Shown in pieces: positions 1 through 10,724 of a stretch of DNA of 64,000 nucleotides; the first letter of the stretch is position 1; each line of letters starts with the position of its first letter. Origin of the DNA: an uncultured Chloroflexia bacterium (lineage in GTDB: Bacteria > Chloroflexota > Anaerolineae > Anaerolineales > UBA4823). Position numbers and translations under genes: made by a program. The stretch covers positions 38,978 through 102,977 of the forward strand of contig CAVSBZ010000003.1 of assembly GCA_963726315.1 (NCBI GenBank), given 5' to 3'. A model generated the notes under the pieces. It saw nothing but the letters and a program-made list of their open reading frames with translations. It did no database searches and was not told the origin of the DNA.

Positions 1-150
1 TGGGATGACGATTGTGGAAATATATTATCTTGATCATATATGAAGAGTAGAGAGGAGGTAAAACGGGTAATTTTCCAACTCGAGTTAGTAAAACAAAACC
101 AATATTTATCTCGACAATGTCAAATCATAAACTAGAGGAGAATTAAAGCA

Positions 151-1272
151 ATGAATAAGATAATAAATCTATTATTGTGCCTCACTATGGTGTTTGGCGT
201 AATTGCATGTACACAAGCTACGCCGACCCAGGTAGCCACCGAGGCAGCCCCTACCACTGCTCCTGCAGCCAATCCTTCAGGGTATCCGGATTTTACCGGC
301 AAGACAATCACCATTGGACTCTGGGGTGGTGCTTTCTCTGAGAATGTACAGAAAGCCTACATTGTCCCGTTTGAAGCAGATACCGGCGCAACAGTCATCG
401 TCGAAGAATACGGCAGTGATGTCACAGCCATGGTTAAGGGACAGGTTGAGCAGAACATACCCGGTTTTGACCTCATTTCTGGTGTGGGTATACTTGACCA
501 GGTTGCAGTTATGAGAGATGCAGGAGCAATACAGAAACTCGATTGGAGCAAGATACCCAATTCTGGTGATTTAACTGATAATGCAAAGTACGATTATGCG
601 ATGGGGCAGTATGTTATCTCCACAAACTTTGTCTGGAATACCAATGCCTACCCCAGTGGTGGACCGGATGACGCTAAGACGTGGTACGACGTCGCTACAT
701 ATCCCGGACCACGTGCACTCGTTAACTTTTCTCCAACCGGCATCCTTGAACAGGCACTGATTGCAGATGGTGTTGCTGTCAAAGATCTATATCCATTGGA
801 TGTGGACCGTGCCTTCGCGATGCTCGACAAAGTCAAACCATCGATTGTTAAGTGGTGGGGTTCTGGTGCTGAGATCTATCAAACACTAATCTCTGAAGAA
901 TCCACTTCAGGTGTTTTCTGGATTGCACATGCCTACAGAGCCCAAACTGCGGGTGCTCCAATTGTTGTCTCAATGAAAGATATGTTCCTCATCGTAGATT
1001 GTTGGGCAATCCCGACTAATGCTCAGAATTTAGATGTCGTCTACGCATTTCTTAACTATACCGTCGACGGTCAGCGTGCTGCCAACTACACTAGACTGAT
1101 GGGCTATGCTCCTGTAGTTAAAAGTGCATACGATTATTTAACTGAGGCAGAACAGGAGAAGTTAGCTACATACCCAGCGAATGAAGCACAAGGTTTTTGG
1201 GCAGATGTCGCTTACTGGCAGGAAAATTTTGCCGCGATCTCTGAGAGATACCTTGCATGGATTGGAGAGTAA
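151..1272 (+). CDS. ABC transporter solute-binding lipoprotein (PotD/PotF-like family)
   Basis: 373-aa ORF. N-terminal signal peptide ends in a lipobox-like VFGVIAC. GGAG-type RBS upstream. Two ABC permease genes follow directly. Confidence 0.8.
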   Translation: MNKIINLLLCLTMVFGVIACTQATPTQVATEAAPTTAPAANPSGYPDFTGKTITIGLWGGAFSENVQKAYIVPFEADTGATVIVEEYGSDVTAMVKGQVEQNIPGFDLISGVGILDQVAVMRDAGAIQKLDWSKIPNSGDLTDNAKYDYAMGQYVISTNFVWNTNAYPSGGPDDAKTWYDVATYPGPRALVNFSPTGILEQALIADGVAVKDLYPLDVDRAFAMLDKVKPSIVKWWGSGAEIYQTLISEESTSGVFWIAHAYRAQTAGAPIVVSMKDMFLIVDCWAIPTNAQNLDVVYAFLNYTVDGQRAANYTRLMGYAPVVKSAYDYLTEAEQEKLATYPANEAQGFWADVAYWQENFAAISERYLAWIGE

Positions 1273-1308
1273 TTCTGAAGTAGACCCTAACGATCTCAAT
1301 AATCAAAT

Positions 1309-1344
1309 GATCTCTTGGGGATTATCAATGATCCCCAAGAGATC
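1309..1344 (+). other. Perfect 14-bp stem / 8-nt loop hairpin between the binding-protein and permease genes; no U-tract
   Basis: gatctcttggggat (1309-1322) is the exact reverse complement of atccccaagagatc (1331-1344). Its position suggests an intra-operon mRNA stabiliser or attenuator. Confidence 0.55.
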
Positions 1345-1360
1345 GGTAATCAGATAATTA

Positions 1361-2281
1361 ATGTGGAGAGGTGAGACTTTGATAGCAGAAGCAACTGAAG
1401 CTGAAAGTAAAAATAGGCGAGTTCCAGCATGGTATATCAGGTTACGTTCGCCATGGACTTCTGCATTTCTGATGATATTACCTGCCCTGATTCTATATGC
1501 AATCTTTTATTTTTATCCCCTTTTTAGACTGCTCCCTGAAAGTATTTTTGAAAATGGGAGATTTACAGTACTATACTTTAAACGAATTTTTTCCGAACCC
1601 CTGTATCTCGGTACGCTTCTCAGAACTATTTGGATTTGTCTCGCTTGTACTGGAATCAATCTATTACTTGGGTATCCTGTCGCTTACACGCTTTCAAAAG
1701 TATCATCGAAGTGGGCGAATGTTATTCTTGCCGTGATATTGTTGTCTCTTTGGACAAGTATACTTGTTAGAACGTATTCCTGGATGGTTATTCTCCAGCG
1801 AACTGGAGTAATCAATCAGATACTTCTGAAATTAGGAATTATCGACAAATCCATACAAATCATGTATACCCCAACAGCAGTATTGATTGGTATGGTGCAC
1901 ATACTATTGCCTTTTATGATCATGCCAATATATAGTGTGCTTCGTGGGATTGACCCAAATCTTCCCCTGGCAGCCTCGTCATTAGGTGCATCCAAGACAA
2001 CAGCGTTTTTAAAAATTACCCTCCCCTTGAGCATCCCTGGTATCGCTGCTGGTGTTTTGTTGGTTTTCATTCAAGGACTTGGCTTTTATGTTACGCCGAT
2101 GCTACTTGGAGGTCCACCAACATTGATGATGTCCGGTTTGATTGATAGGCAAATGTTTAATTTCCTGAATTGGTCTTTCGGCTCTGCTATCGGGGTAGTC
2201 CTATTAATCATTACTACAATATTTTTAGTGATTTTCGATCGTTTCTTTGGTATGGATTCTCTACAAAAGAGACTTGTGTGA
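1361..2281 (+). CDS. ABC transporter permease (PotB-like)
   Basis: 306-aa multi-TM ORF with a typical binding-protein-dependent permease layout. The true start may be slightly downstream (TTG near 1378 after GGAGAGGTGAG). Confidence 0.8.
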   Translation: MWRGETLIAEATEAESKNRRVPAWYIRLRSPWTSAFLMILPALILYAIFYFYPLFRLLPESIFENGRFTVLYFKRIFSEPLYLGTLLRTIWICLACTGINLLLGYPVAYTLSKVSSKWANVILAVILLSLWTSILVRTYSWMVILQRTGVINQILLKLGIIDKSIQIMYTPTAVLIGMVHILLPFMIMPIYSVLRGIDPNLPLAASSLGASKTTAFLKITLPLSIPGIAAGVLLVFIQGLGFYVTPMLLGGPPTLMMSGLIDRQMFNFLNWSFGSAIGVVLLIITTIFLVIFDRFFGMDSLQKRLV

Positions 2282-2293
2282 GGACTAATATTT

Positions 2294-3124
2294 ATGTTTT
2301 TAAAATCGCGCCATCGTCGTTGGGATAGAAATCCAATATGGTTATACATCGTTTGTGCACTCGTACTGTTCTTCTTACTCGTGCCGGTATTGATCATTAT
2401 CCCAATGTCATTCGGTGGTTCGTCATTTCTTGAGTTTCCTCCCAGAAGTTTATCGATACAGTGGTATCAAAAATTCTTTACAGATTCACATTGGCTACGT
2501 GGGGCATGGAACAGCCTGAGGGTAGCAATAAGTACGACTATTTTCGCCAGCTTACTCGGAATCTCAGCAGCGATAGGTATAACAAGTAAAGCGATGCAGA
2601 AAAAAGGTGGCAGGTTTTTTAATATTATTTTACTTATTCCATTAATTTTACCAAGCATTATCGTTGCAGTTGCTATGTACATGATATATGGTCAATGGAA
2701 GCTTGTAGGTACATTTCCGGGTTTGATACTTGCCCATACTTGCCTGGCAATTCCTATGGTTGTTACCTTAATATCCGCTTCATTATATGGAGTGGATACT
2801 GACCTATATAATGCTGCGCGGAGTCTGGGTGCTAATCATTTAACTGCCCTTATCAAGATCGTATTGCCATTAATCAAACCAGCCATTTTCACCAGCATGT
2901 TATTTGCATTTATTACATCCTTTGATAAATCCGTTGTAACCATGTTTATTGCAAAACAACAAACGACCACTTTACCAAAGATGATATTTGACAGCTTGAA
3001 ATATGAGATCAGTCCTGCTGTCTCAGCCATTTCAGCTATCCTGATTTATCTAACCCTCATCCTTTTTATTCTGAGAGGTGTAACGGGTACGAAAAATGGA
3101 AATAAACCAGCTTCGGCTGAGTAG
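2294..3124 (+). CDS. ABC transporter permease (PotC-like)
   Basis: 276-aa multi-TM ORF, 12 nt after the previous permease. Contains an EAA-like loop (NAARSLGANHLTALIKIVLP). Confidence 0.8.
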   Translation: MFLKSRHRRWDRNPIWLYIVCALVLFFLLVPVLIIIPMSFGGSSFLEFPPRSLSIQWYQKFFTDSHWLRGAWNSLRVAISTTIFASLLGISAAIGITSKAMQKKGGRFFNIILLIPLILPSIIVAVAMYMIYGQWKLVGTFPGLILAHTCLAIPMVVTLISASLYGVDTDLYNAARSLGANHLTALIKIVLPLIKPAIFTSMLFAFITSFDKSVVTMFIAKQQTTTLPKMIFDSLKYEISPAVSAISAILIYLTLILFILRGVTGTKNGNKPASAE

Positions 3125-3275
3125 ATCTGAACCGTGATAATAATATTGATTACCGACAATGATATACGACGATGCCAAGCCACACCAAGTGACTGTTTAT
3201 AGATAATCAACAATTTTTTATAATTCCCGAAAAGGCGGGAAATACATTAAAACAATATGGTTAAGGAGTAATCAG

Positions 3276-4280
3276 GTGAAAAAGTTCATCAATAAACCCG
3301 AGGATTTTGTTGACGAAATGATCGAAGGGATTGTTGCAGCTCATCCAAAGCAATTAGAATATCTTGAAAACAACACTCGTTGCATCGTAAAAAAAGATCG
3401 AAGTAAAACTAAAGTAGGGATTGTCACTGGCGGAGGTTCCGGTCATCTTCCCCTGTTCCTTGGCTATGTCGGCGAAGGTTTGCTGGATGGCTGTGCTGTT
3501 GGCGGGGTTTTTCAATCTCCTGGTGCAGATAAAGTTTATGAGATCACAAAAGCAGTAAATAAGGGTAAGGGTGTCCTTTATATAATCGGAAATTACATGG
3601 GAGATAAAATGAATTTTGATATGGCGGCTGAAATGGCAGAGATGGAGGGAATTGAAACCAAAACGATTATTGGCATGGACGATGTCGCTTCGGCTCCAAA
3701 GTCAGAAACACATAAACGTAGAGGTGTCGCTGGTATTTTTTATGTGTATAAGACAGCAGGTGCAATGGCAGATTTAGGAAATTCACTTGATGAGGTCTAT
3801 CGCGTTGCAGAGAAAGCTGCAAAAAATGTTCGCACCATGGGAGTGGCTTTGTCACCTTGCATTATCCCAGAAGTTGGAAAACCATCTTTTATGCTTGAAG
3901 ATGATGAGATGGAGATCGGGATGGGCATCCATGGAGAGCCAGGTGTTCGTAGGGGTAAACTGCGTCCTGCTGATGAGGTTGTCACAGAGATGTTGTCAGC
4001 AATTCTAACTGACCTAGAGCTCGATACTGGTGATGAGGTTTCGGTATTGGTCAACGGTTTAGGAGCTACATGTAAGGAAGAGCTTTATATCATCAACAAG
4101 AAAATTTCTGAGATATTGAAAGAGAATGGAATCTCAATTTTTTCAACATACGTTGGTGAATTTGCAACATCTATGGAAATGGCGGGGTTTTCAATTTCAA
4201 TAATTAAGCTAGATAACGAGTTGAAATCCATGCTTGGTAAAAGTGCAAACACACCATTCTTCACACAATTTGCTTCTTAA
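3276..4280 (+). CDS. dhaK: Dihydroxyacetone/ketose kinase, DhaK (substrate-binding) subunit, copy 1
   Basis: GTG start after AAGGAG. Motifs GGGSGHLP (variant of GGGSGHEP) and GMGIHGEPG are present. 334 aa. Confidence 0.85.
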   Translation: MKKFINKPEDFVDEMIEGIVAAHPKQLEYLENNTRCIVKKDRSKTKVGIVTGGGSGHLPLFLGYVGEGLLDGCAVGGVFQSPGADKVYEITKAVNKGKGVLYIIGNYMGDKMNFDMAAEMAEMEGIETKTIIGMDDVASAPKSETHKRRGVAGIFYVYKTAGAMADLGNSLDEVYRVAEKAAKNVRTMGVALSPCIIPEVGKPSFMLEDDEMEIGMGIHGEPGVRRGKLRPADEVVTEMLSAILTDLELDTGDEVSVLVNGLGATCKEELYIINKKISEILKENGISIFSTYVGEFATSMEMAGFSISIIKLDNELKSMLGKSANTPFFTQFAS

Positions 4281-4299
4281 TTGACTGAGGGAGGTAATT

Positions 4300-4929
4300 G
4301 TGCAGTATTTTACGAAAGAAAATTTGGTAGATGCAATGGATCACATCTCTCGTTTAATGGAAACAAATCGCGACTACTTGTGTGAATTAGACAGCCATAT
4401 TGGCGACAGCGATCTTGGATTAACCATGACACGAGGATTTTCAGCAGCACACAATGCAGCGAAGACCAATAACAATAATGACATAGGTACCATGCTTAAA
4501 GTGATTGGATTCGCGATCAGTAAAGATGCACCCTCAACAATGGGAACCTTGATTGGATCAGCATTCATCGGTGCTGGGAAATCCTTGGCCGGTCGTGAGC
4601 AGCTTGATGCGGATGGGATTGCTTTTTGTTTTCGCAACATGGCAGAAGCAGTAGCAAAACGAGGCCAATCAGCTGAAGGCGAAAAGACAATGCTTGACGT
4701 GCTTTTTCCTGTTCCGCGTGCTTTAGAAGCAAGTGATAGCGAAGACATTACAGCCCGAATGCAAATCGCTCTCGACAATGCTAAGAAAAGTCTAGAGAAT
4801 ACAAAAAGCCTTCAAAGTCAGCACGGTCGAGCTTCTGTTTTTAGAGAAAAGACCATCGGATTGATCGATCCAGGCGCTGCTGCTGCTTGTTTGATGATAG
4901 AAGGATTTTCTAGGTCTTGTGGAGTATAA
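4300..4929 (+). CDS. dhaL: Dihydroxyacetone/ketose kinase, DhaL (nucleotide-binding) subunit, copy 1
   Basis: GTG start after GAGGGAGG. Contains LDSHIGDSDLG, a variant of the D-x3-GDGD-x-G DhaL motif. Lies 19 nt after dhaK. Confidence 0.8.
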   Translation: MQYFTKENLVDAMDHISRLMETNRDYLCELDSHIGDSDLGLTMTRGFSAAHNAAKTNNNNDIGTMLKVIGFAISKDAPSTMGTLIGSAFIGAGKSLAGREQLDADGIAFCFRNMAEAVAKRGQSAEGEKTMLDVLFPVPRALEASDSEDITARMQIALDNAKKSLENTKSLQSQHGRASVFREKTIGLIDPGAAAACLMIEGFSRSCGV

Positions 4930-4981
4930 CGAAAATATTCATAAAATCGTTTGGAGATACCTAATTTTGCAATAAGGAGAG

Positions 4982-5728
4982 ATGAAAATGGATAAAGTAC
5001 AACAAGAAAAGATTAAAAAAATATACCGCGAAGATGCTGCACTGGAAGCAAAAATTAGGGAAGAAAAGGCAAAAGCGTCTAAAGTAAAAGATATATACAT
5101 GGAAGAAGCCGCTCGTGGAACGAGAATGTTATACGAAAGGGGATTCTCCCCAGATGGTGATAACGGCGATGTAAGTGTGAGAGATCCAGAAACGGGTTAT
5201 ATTTACATATCCGCTTCCCCAGTCCCTGTCGATTACAGAAATCTAGGTGAATATCGTGCCTCCGATATGTGCGTGGTGGACATCGACGGTAATCGCATTA
5301 CAACGTGGTCCAGACCAACAATAGAAATGCCAATGCATATTGCTATATTAAAAGCACGCCCTGATGCAAATGCAGTCGTACACACCCACGGTGATTGGTC
5401 ATCAGTATTTGCGATATGTGGCAAAAATATTCCATTAACTTTGGCAGAGCATTACGCACATCTTGGACCAGGTGAAATCGTCTGTGCAGACTATGGTAAA
5501 GCAGGTTCATTTGAATTGGCTGAGGTCATCGTCAAAGCGATGGGTAAAAATAATGCGGCAATAATGCGTAACCATGGTGCTGTAATTGTCGGAAGAACTT
5601 TGGACGAAGCGTTTACCAACGCCCAGTTCCTCGAATCTATTGCTCAAAAGACACTATTCGGATTGCTTCTTGGTGGGCTTACACCGGTGAAACCAGAAGA
5701 TGTGCTTGATGATTGGATGTATCAATAG
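4982..5728 (+). CDS. Class II aldolase/adducin-family protein (fuculose-P aldolase / ribulose-5-P epimerase-like)
   Basis: Zn-ligand-type histidines sit in VVHTHGDW, HYAHLG and MRNHGAVIVG. There is a lysine/glutamate-rich N-terminal extension of about 45 aa. Confidence 0.8.
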   Translation: MKMDKVQQEKIKKIYREDAALEAKIREEKAKASKVKDIYMEEAARGTRMLYERGFSPDGDNGDVSVRDPETGYIYISASPVPVDYRNLGEYRASDMCVVDIDGNRITTWSRPTIEMPMHIAILKARPDANAVVHTHGDWSSVFAICGKNIPLTLAEHYAHLGPGEIVCADYGKAGSFELAEVIVKAMGKNNAAIMRNHGAVIVGRTLDEAFTNAQFLESIAQKTLFGLLLGGLTPVKPEDVLDDWMYQ

Positions 5729-5811
5729 CACCTACTTTATTTTAATCCAATAAACAGGGTATTTCATTCACCAGTGGGTATTGAATGATTATCGACAGGA
5801 GATAGTGACCA

Positions 5812-7329
5812 TTGAAATATCTTCTTGGTGTTGACCTAGGAACGACGGCAATCAAAATTGGTCTTTTTGATGAAAATATAAACAAAATTGGCACAAGTAT
5901 TCAGGAACATAAGCTAATTACTGACACAAAGTTTGCTGTTGAGCAAAAAGTTGCAGTATATTGGGAATCGTTTAAAACATGCCTCAAGAATGTGATACAC
6001 AAAACGGATATATCCCCAAGCGACATCCTGGCATTAAGTATTTCCGCTCAAGGCGAAACTATGGTTTTCTTGGGGGCAGATGGAGAGCCACTCTATAACG
6101 CAATCGTATGGATGGATAATCGTCCACAAGAAGAAGCAAAAATCCTTGAGGAGCGATTTGATCCAGATGAAATCCATAAAATTACGGGCCAGTCAGATGT
6201 AATCCCACTATCTCCTGGATGTAAGATTTTATGGTTTAAACGAAACCATCTAAAATTATTCGAAAAAACTAGAAAAATACTTCTCATTGAAGACTACTTC
6301 TTTTACCGAATGTGCGGTGAATTCTATGGAGAAGGATCTCTTTGGTGTTCGACCCATATGTGGAACATCAACACCAAGGAGTTTTGGCAACCAATGCTCG
6401 ATGAGCTTGGTCTTACCCCAAAGCAATTACCAATGGTAGTAGAGTCAGGTACTCCGTTAGGTAAAATCTCACCTTCCGTTGCGTTGGAATTAGGACTTAG
6501 TAGAGATACAGTTTTAGTAATGGGCGCTCTCGACCAGTCCTGTGGTGCGATTGGAGTTGGCAATGTTATCCCTGGGATCTTCTCCGAAAGTACAGGAGCT
6601 GCAATGGTCGTATGCACTATGACCGAAAAACCAGCGATAGATCCCAACCGGAAATTATCATGCTTCTATACCGGAATACCTAATATGTATATGATCCATG
6701 GTTTCAGCAGTGGCGGAATAGCCTTGAAATGGCTACGTGACGTACTGTGCAGTGAAGAGGTTGCCATTGGCGAGCGGACTGGAAAAAATGGGTATATATT
6801 CATGGACATGGAGGCGAGTTCCATACCTGCAGGTAGTGATGGGCTCGTTGTATTGCCTCATTTTCAAGGATCCGGCCCTCCTGACACCAATGCATCTGCG
6901 AAATGCGTCATATATGGATTGACACTACAGCACACTAAAGCACATATTATTAGGAGTTATTTGGAAGCTATTGCCATGTCGCTTTGCCGTATCGTAGAAG
7001 CGGTTGAGGAGATGGGAATAGAGGTTAAAGAGATCCGTTCTCTCAGTGGAGGAGCTAAAAGCGATCTTTGGTGCCAAATTAAAGCTGATGCCCTTGGAAA
7101 ACCCGTGGTCACAATGAAAAACACAGAAGATGCGGCATGCCTTGGAGCTGCAATAATCGCAGGAGTAGGGATTAAGTTATGGCCATCAGTACAGGAAGCT
7201 GCTTTAAGGATTGCAACAGAGGATAAACGGTATCTACCAAATATTAACAACCGTAAGGCATACGATGAGTTATTAGTGAAATACAAGATGCTTACGGAAA
7301 ACCTAAAACCCATAACTATAAAAATGTGA
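5812..7329 (+). CDS. FGGY-family carbohydrate kinase (xylulokinase-like)
   Basis: TTG start after AGGAGA. N-terminal LGVDLGTTAIK ATPase motif. C-terminal GGAKSDLWCQIKADALG motif. 505 aa. Confidence 0.85.
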   Translation: MKYLLGVDLGTTAIKIGLFDENINKIGTSIQEHKLITDTKFAVEQKVAVYWESFKTCLKNVIHKTDISPSDILALSISAQGETMVFLGADGEPLYNAIVWMDNRPQEEAKILEERFDPDEIHKITGQSDVIPLSPGCKILWFKRNHLKLFEKTRKILLIEDYFFYRMCGEFYGEGSLWCSTHMWNINTKEFWQPMLDELGLTPKQLPMVVESGTPLGKISPSVALELGLSRDTVLVMGALDQSCGAIGVGNVIPGIFSESTGAAMVVCTMTEKPAIDPNRKLSCFYTGIPNMYMIHGFSSGGIALKWLRDVLCSEEVAIGERTGKNGYIFMDMEASSIPAGSDGLVVLPHFQGSGPPDTNASAKCVIYGLTLQHTKAHIIRSYLEAIAMSLCRIVEAVEEMGIEVKEIRSLSGGAKSDLWCQIKADALGKPVVTMKNTEDAACLGAAIIAGVGIKLWPSVQEAALRIATEDKRYLPNINNRKAYDELLVKYKMLTENLKPITIKM

Positions 7330-7390
7330 TTTATATAGCATTCAAGCACATCAACAATTTTAGGAAATTAGATATGGTTTTGAAAGGAAT

Positions 7391-8056
7391 ATGATCATGC
7401 GCTATCCTCGATTAATCGTCATGCTGACACATCATGACCTCACCGTACAAGATTCCAAAAAAATATTTTTAGAAGCCAAGAATGCTCCGTGCGATTATTG
7501 GGGTTTTAAAGATGTTGGCTTGCCAGAGGAACAAATGCGCGATCTAGTTGCTTGCATGAAGGAAGCGGGCAAAACTACTTTCATAGAAAGCTTGGCGTAT
7601 ACAGAAGAAGAGGGGTTAAAAAGTGTGCAGCTTGCAGCTGACTGTAGATTTGACTTTGTCCTTGGAACACATTATTCCAAAAGCATCCTTGATCTCACGA
7701 ATGAGAATGGGATTAAGTATCTTCCATTTGTGGGCAAGCGGAAAGAACACAGATTATATGGAGAGATCGATGAGATTATTGCTGAAGCAAAACAAGTCCT
7801 TTCTTACGGTACCTACGGTGTAAATTTACCAGGTTTCCGTTATGTCGGCGATGCGATTACCTTAATCACCAAACTGGTTAAATCCGTTGATAAACCCGTA
7901 AGTGTCGTAGGAAGTATCAACAACTTTGAACGCCTTGATCTGATCAAGCAAACAAACCCTTGGATGTTTACCATCGGAAGTGCATTCTTTGAAAAGAATT
8001 TCGGAGATACTTTCACTAAACAGATTGAGGTTGTCACTGAATATATGAAAAGCTGA
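7391..8056 (+). CDS. Hypothetical protein, possibly a small TIM-barrel enzyme; function unknown
   Basis: 221-aa ORF in operon context with no competing ORF. I recognise no diagnostic motif. Confidence 0.5.
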   Translation: MIMRYPRLIVMLTHHDLTVQDSKKIFLEAKNAPCDYWGFKDVGLPEEQMRDLVACMKEAGKTTFIESLAYTEEEGLKSVQLAADCRFDFVLGTHYSKSILDLTNENGIKYLPFVGKRKEHRLYGEIDEIIAEAKQVLSYGTYGVNLPGFRYVGDAITLITKLVKSVDKPVSVVGSINNFERLDLIKQTNPWMFTIGSAFFEKNFGDTFTKQIEVVTEYMKS

Positions 8057-8228
8057 TAAAAGAACAGCTGCTAACCTGTGATTTGAAGAGAATTATCAAA
8101 GATGTTAATGATTTCACGATATACATGCTGCAATAGCAGAAAATTATGACCATAGGCCGAGATATACAAACAATAAGGTTATAAGTTCACATAAATATAA
8201 ATTTACTCTGTATCACTTGAGGTAACCA

Positions 8229-9047
8229 ATGAAAATTTCATTCCTGTCCGCCCTGTTTTGTAGATATCCATTGGAAAAGTCATTCGAAATTGCTAGCATA
8301 CAGGGCTATGATGGGGTTGAAGTCTGGGGGGCTCGTCCACATGCATACGCTTATGACATGAACGAAGCAAGGATAGAGCAGGTGTTAAAGCTGAAAGAGG
8401 AATATAAACTTGAAATACCTATGTACTGTCCTGAGATATTGATGTATCCCTATAACATCCCAACAACTGATCTCAAAGAACGCCAGGATACGATTGATTA
8501 CTTAAAGCGCTCTATCGAGGTCGCAAAGGCTATTGGTGCCCCACGCATTCAAATGACCAGTGGTCATGCAGGTTATGGCACAAATCGAAAGACAAATATT
8601 AAAAACATATCAAATGTAATGCGAATTTTGGTCGAGCACGCTGAAAAAATTGAAGTAGATATTGTTTTTGAAGTCCTCACAATAATGGAGAGTAATACTA
8701 TCTTTCTGCTTGATGACTTCATCGATTTGATGAACAAGATCGGTAGCCCTCGCTTGAAAGGAATGCTTGATACAGTCATGCCGATGACCAATTGGGAGAC
8801 ATTTTCTGAATATTTCGAAAAACTCGGTGACAAGCTGGCATATGTTCATTTTGAAGATACTAATGGAATAAATCAATTTCATCAGCCGATTGGCAAGGGG
8901 ATTTTAGATATGCCAGAACTGATTGCCATGTTTCGAAGATATGGTTATGATGGCTGGCTCAGCCTGGAATTGTTCTCAAGTTTCATCCGTGAACCTGAAA
9001 TGTACATTGGTCAAGAGATTCGTAAATTGCGATTGTTATTAAAATAA
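8229..9047 (+). CDS. Sugar phosphate isomerase/epimerase (xylose isomerase-like TIM barrel), tandem copy 1
   Basis: 272 aa. Shares YDGVEVWGARPHAY, the EVAKAIGAPR.Q block and the C-terminal YDGWLS.ELFSSFIREPEMY block with the next gene. Confidence 0.8.
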   Translation: MKISFLSALFCRYPLEKSFEIASIQGYDGVEVWGARPHAYAYDMNEARIEQVLKLKEEYKLEIPMYCPEILMYPYNIPTTDLKERQDTIDYLKRSIEVAKAIGAPRIQMTSGHAGYGTNRKTNIKNISNVMRILVEHAEKIEVDIVFEVLTIMESNTIFLLDDFIDLMNKIGSPRLKGMLDTVMPMTNWETFSEYFEKLGDKLAYVHFEDTNGINQFHQPIGKGILDMPELIAMFRRYGYDGWLSLELFSSFIREPEMYIGQEIRKLRLLLK

Positions 9048-9075
9048 TTATCAAATTTTACAAGGAGAAACATTT

Positions 9076-9900
9076 ATGAAAATAGCAACATTAACAGTCT
9101 TGTTCTGCAGGCATCCTTTAGAGAAAGTATTCCAAATTGTTTCTGCTCAAGGGTATGATGGAATTGAACTTTGGGGGGCGCGTCCACATGCGTATCCGTA
9201 TGATATGGATAAAAAAAGGATAGCCGATATACTGAGGATGAAAGAGCAGTATCACCTAGAGGTCCCGATGTATACTCCAGAGCTGCTCGCATATCCTTAT
9301 AATGTTGCCTCGCAAGATCCAAAAGAACGGCAGGAAACTATTGATTATCTTAAGCGTTCTGTTGAAGTGGCAAAGGCGATTGGCGCTCCTCGTATGCAAG
9401 TGACTTGCGGACATGCTGGATACGCAACAGAGCGACGTAAGAATTTAGAGAATGTTCGAACGGTGCTACGTCAAATCGTAGACCATGCCGAGAAGATCGG
9501 TGTTGATATCATCATCGAACCCGTCACAATGATGGAAAGTAACACAATCTATCTATTAGACGATTTAGTGGAATTGCTTGAATACCTGGATAGTGATCGT
9601 GCGAAGACTATGATGGATACAGTCACGCCTTTGGTTCATTGGGAACCATACTCTGATCATTTTGAGAGGCTAGGCAAGAAATTAGATTATATACACTTCG
9701 TTGACAGCAATGGTGTCAATCAAAGCCATATGTCCCTTGGTACAGGAATTATTGATTTACCGGGCTTAATTTCAATAATGCGCCGTCACGGCTATGACGG
9801 CTGGTTATGTATAGAGTTAATCTCATCATTTATTCGTGAACCTGAAATGTATGCTGGTAAAGATATCAGGACCTTGCGACAAATGCTTGCAGAAGGGTAA
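9076..9900 (+). CDS. Sugar phosphate isomerase/epimerase (xylose isomerase-like TIM barrel), tandem copy 2
   Basis: 274 aa. Collinear paralogue of 8229-9047, with roughly half or more identical residues by eye. Confidence 0.8.
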   Translation: MKIATLTVLFCRHPLEKVFQIVSAQGYDGIELWGARPHAYPYDMDKKRIADILRMKEQYHLEVPMYTPELLAYPYNVASQDPKERQETIDYLKRSVEVAKAIGAPRMQVTCGHAGYATERRKNLENVRTVLRQIVDHAEKIGVDIIIEPVTMMESNTIYLLDDLVELLEYLDSDRAKTMMDTVTPLVHWEPYSDHFERLGKKLDYIHFVDSNGVNQSHMSLGTGIIDLPGLISIMRRHGYDGWLCIELISSFIREPEMYAGKDIRTLRQMLAEG

Positions 9901-10068
9901 GGGCAGTTTTAGGCATTTGCTAGAATGGAATGACATTTAATGGTTGATGGAGTATTTTCGGAATAACAAAAACTCTGGTCTACGTTGGTGCAATTGATGC
10001 TACCACAAGCAATTGCCAACCTGTCGTACGATCGGAAGGTTACATAAAGTCGATTAAGGAATAAGATA

Positions 10069-10686
10069 ATGAAAAGAGATGTTGAATATATTGTCCGGGT
10101 CATCTCAGATGCTGTACTTAAAAACGAAGCATACTTTAGCGAGCTGGATGGTGTGGTTGGTGATGGTGATTTTGGTTATTCGATCGCACGTGGTTTTGAG
10201 AAAGTCTTAATGGAATGGGATAACTTGGATCACACCTCACCAGGAAATTTCCTTAAGAAAATTTCTTCGACCATTATTAGCACTGTTGGAGGTGTCTCTG
10301 GAACCATCTGGGGTACATCCTTCTTACGCGCCGGCATGACCATGGGGACCAAAACGGAAATTACTCGCCCAGAAGTCATCGACGTGTTCCGCTCAGTCAT
10401 CGAGGGAATTAAAAAACGGGGTAACTGTGATCTAGGCGATAAGACTTACCTCGATGCACTGGTACCGGCAATTAATACGCTTGAAAAAGCCTTCATTGAG
10501 GGTAAAGAAACAAAAGTAGCTTTAAATGACGCTGCGCTTGTTGCCCGGGAAAGTGCTGAAGCCACACGCGAGATGATAGCCAAACGTGGCCGGGCAGCAT
10601 ACACAGGAGAGCGAAGTATCGGAACCCTGGATGCTGGTGCTGTTGCGGTGGCTGTCTTATTCGAAGCTGTTAGTAAGTCTTGGTAA
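10069..10686 (+). CDS. dhaL: DhaL subunit, copy 2
   Basis: Canonical LDGVVGDGDFG motif. 205 aa. It precedes its dhaK partner, the reverse of the order in copy 1. Confidence 0.8.
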   Translation: MKRDVEYIVRVISDAVLKNEAYFSELDGVVGDGDFGYSIARGFEKVLMEWDNLDHTSPGNFLKKISSTIISTVGGVSGTIWGTSFLRAGMTMGTKTEITRPEVIDVFRSVIEGIKKRGNCDLGDKTYLDALVPAINTLEKAFIEGKETKVALNDAALVARESAEATREMIAKRGRAAYTGERSIGTLDAGAVAVAVLFEAVSKSW

Positions 10687-10724
10687 ATTTAAGTATATCC
10701 TAACGAGTTTACAAGGAGAAAATA

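Noticed and set aside
1309-1344. REP/MITE-type dispersed repeat
   Set aside because: I found no second copy of the 14-bp arm anywhere in the window, so I treat it as a local intercistronic hairpin.
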